From contig CAWEHK010000044.1 in the NCBI GenBank assembly GCA_963808625.1, positions 31,939 through 95,938 on the forward strand: DNA of 64,000 bases, given 5' to 3'. The notes below the pieces were generated by a model. That model saw only the letters and a list, made by a program, of their open reading frames with translations, did no database searches and was not told the DNA's origin. Positions within the stretch are counted from its first letter, which is position 1; the number at the start of each line of letters is the position of its first letter. The DNA is from an uncultured delta proteobacterium. GTDB taxonomy: Bacteria > Desulfobacterota > Syntrophobacteria > Syntrophobacterales > Syntrophobacteraceae. Shown piece after piece: positions 61,719-64,000 of the stretch. Made by a program: the position numbers and the translations under genes.

Positions 61719-62676
61719 ATGAATCAACCCTCCTTTTCAGAGCTTTTTGAGGGATCTCCCTGCATCCTTGGCGAAGGGGCAGTCATCGAGCGTCTGCGCC
61801 GGAGCAGTGGCTTGGAACTCGACCCCCATATCGTCAATTCCGCATTTGTCTATGACGAGGAAAAACGTGCGGCCCTCGAAGCGATCTGCCGGCAGTACCT
61901 GGACATCGGCTTCCAATACGGTTTGCCGCTCCTGCTTTCGACCCCCACCTGGCGGGCAAGCCGCGAACGGATCGCGGCGGCAGGTTACGCAGGGTTGGAC
62001 GTAAACGGCGACAATTTCAGGTTTCTGGATTTGTTGCGCAACAGCTATGGGAGATACGCGTAGAAGGTCGTCATCTGCGGCTTGCTGAGCTGCCGTGGGG
62101 ATGCCTATAACCCGGCTGAAGCCCTGGGTGCGCCGAGGCGCGTGAATTCCATGCCTGGCAGGCCACGATGCTGGCGGAGGCAGGAGTCGACTTCCTCCTT
62201 GCCGCCACTCTGCCGGCCCTCAGCGAGGCGACTGGGCTGGCCTTGGCTCTGGCCGCCACCGGCAAGCCGTACATCGTCAGTTTTGTGGTTCGCCGGAAGG
62301 TACGCTGCTGGATGGTACCCCTCTGAAGGAGGCCATCGCTGCCATCGATGCCAGCGCCAACCCAAGGCCGCTGGCCTACCTGGTCAATTGCACACATGCT
62401 TCAATCTTCAGATCCGCTCTCCTGCATGAAGTCAATTCATCTCCTCTGGTCAGGGATCGACTTGTGGGTCTGTTGGCCAACACCTCAGCACTCAACCCCC
62501 AAGAATTGGACAACAGCACCGGTCTGGTAGAGGAGGAGCCGGAGACTTTCGGCCAATCTGTCGCCGCCCTGCACCAGGAACTCGGCATGAAGATTCTCGG
62601 AGGTTGTTGTGGCACGGACGATCGGCATATCCGTTGTCTGGCGAGACTGCTGGCCTCGGGAATGAATGACCGGTGA
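61719..62676 (+). pseudogene. homocysteine S-methyltransferase family protein (internal TAG at 62061, frameshifts)
   Basis: LGEGAVIERL, TPTWRA, RGDAY, YLVNCTH, ANTS, ILGGCCGTD.RHI. Confidence 0.8.
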
Positions 62677-62692
62677 CGATACGATTTGTGTG

Positions 62693-62822
<130 letters not shown>

Positions 62823-63067
62823 GAACAACGACAGGTTATTTATTCTGCTGCTGTTCTCCAGTTGTTGTACTTTGTTGTGACCCGGTATGTAGTCGCTGAA
62901 CCAAGGCGTCGCCTTCGGCGTGGAGCTCTTCCCAACAGCGCTGCTGCAGGTTGTGGAGAACAAGAGACGGGGGCACGGAAGGCGCACCGTCCAAGAGTAT
63001 GGGGTTTATGCGGTGCATCTCCAATATACTTTCGAGCACGATACCGCTCCTGGAAACGTCTTCCACC

Positions 63068-64000
63068 TCAACGACCCGGCTGATGGTCGCCAATGTCGGA
63101 ACCGATAAAGCAGTAGGGATCCCGCTCTTCGAATACATTTAGTCCGAAGCTGTAAGTGATGGCGAGGCAGCCGCCGCATACGGGGCGCATGGTGCAGGGC
63201 TTGCAAGCCCGGGGGCCGGAGCGGTAGCGCCGGGCGGAGTCGGAGTCGTAGAGTTCCCCGAGACTGCTGGTGAGGATGCTGCCGACGGGTGAAGGAAACT
63301 TGCGGCAGGCATGGACGGTCCCATCCGCCAAAAGACACATGAAGTTGAAGGCGGCTCCGCATCCATAACCGGTACAGCCGCCAAAAACGGGCAAACCGTG
63401 TCGGCAACGGGTGATGTTGATGAGGTTGTCTTTTGAGGCGATAACGGGGTTATGGTTGAGGGCCTCCAGGTAGGCCTCCAGAAAGGCGATATAATCGCTC
63501 TTTGAGGGGAGTTTGAGCCCGGCGCCTTCACCAACCTGGGAGAGGCGGTTAAAGGTGAACAGGTCAGCGTGGTCACGAAGCATCTCAGCGAGAGGCAGCA
63601 CTTGCGAGAGATTCTCCCTGGGTCAGCGTGAGCATCACCATGGAATAGATTTCGAACCGTCGCAACACGCTGAGGAAATCAAATACCCGTTCAAAATGCC
63701 CATGCCCGCGAATAGTGTCATTATGCTCGGGTAACCCTTCGAGGCTCACCTGGTAGTAGACCGGCGGCTCGATGGCAATCAGGTTCTCGATAGTCTTTTC
63801 GGGCACGGGGTTCCCAAGAACGGCAAGGCTGAACGCACGCTCCGAGACACCCCTGTAGACCTCCATAAAATGGGGATAGAGAAGGGGGTTGCCGCCGGTG
63901 AGGAGAGACTTGCCCCCGCACCTTGCGGGACCGACAGAATTCAAGAAGGTCATCAAGGACCCTCACTGCCTGTGGGAGTTCGAGACTCCGCATATCGCTC
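63068..64000 (-). CDS. sbtM: SbtM-like radical SAM/SPASM RiPP maturase (3' part, frameshifted)
   Basis: TGGNPLLYPHF, YQVSLEGL.EHND.IRG.GHF, SMVMLTLT, FTFNRLS.VGEG, GGCTGYGCGAAFNF, HACRKFPS, C..C...CGGC, RDPYCF. Confidence 0.75.

Noticed and set aside
62836..63138. Small ORF downstream of sbtM as RiPP precursor
   Set aside because: No SbtA-like leader or Cys/Sec-rich core, and the 5' part overlaps sbtM.

Overview
A ~58-60% GC (by eye) chromosomal window from an anaerobic bacterium. Gene content and style suggest Desulfobacterota, possibly Syntrophobacteria-like (inference). Many genes, including housekeeping pgi and queA, are broken by 1-nt indels, which most likely reflects an unpolished long-read assembly. 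Layout: (1) 1-1050, the end of an integron-cassette array (two attC sites around an AT-rich cassette) plus a tyrosine-recombinase remnant. (2) 1168-25287, a 24-kb sigma54/AcoR-controlled acetoin/2,3-butanediol catabolic cluster (acoC, lpd, lipB-lipA fusion, acoA, acoB, acoX, bdh, acoR). Embedded in it are an 11-haem cytochrome c/cytochrome b fusion, a GcvH/LbpA-type lipoyl carrier, an HdrD-like CCG Fe-S protein, a lipoate ligase-DUF116 fusion, LipT, a tandem-duplicated VOC protein and LipS1/LipS2. The cluster's dihydrolipoamide dehydrogenase has lost its NAD-binding motif. Together these suggest a lipoyl-disulfide relay into a membrane respiratory complex, the best candidate here for an undescribed system. 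(3) 25.3-28.8 kb, an hsdS-repeat-flanked nuclease-like gene, a RelE/HigA TA pair and formiminotransferase/cyclodeaminase genes. (4) 28.9-45.2 kb, housekeeping and signalling genes (glnS, caspase-FGE/DUF4384/CHASE2-cyclase, usp, SPOR, argS, alr, queA, tgt). (5) 45.6-49.9 kb, an FNOR-cooF-cooS CO dehydrogenase operon. (6) 50.5-57.4 kb, thioredoxin-like lipoprotein, vapBC pseudogene, secreted protein, pgi and remnants. (7) 58.0-61.1 kb, a decayed integron (intI N-terminal remnant, attI candidate, Macro-TIR cassette, TA cassettes, attC sites). (8) A homocysteine S-methyltransferase-like gene and the 3' part of an SbtM-like radical SAM maturase. Intergenic regions are packed with MITE/REP-like elements, some nested, and 7-nt and 9-nt periodic tracts. 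No rRNA, tRNA or CRISPR array was seen.
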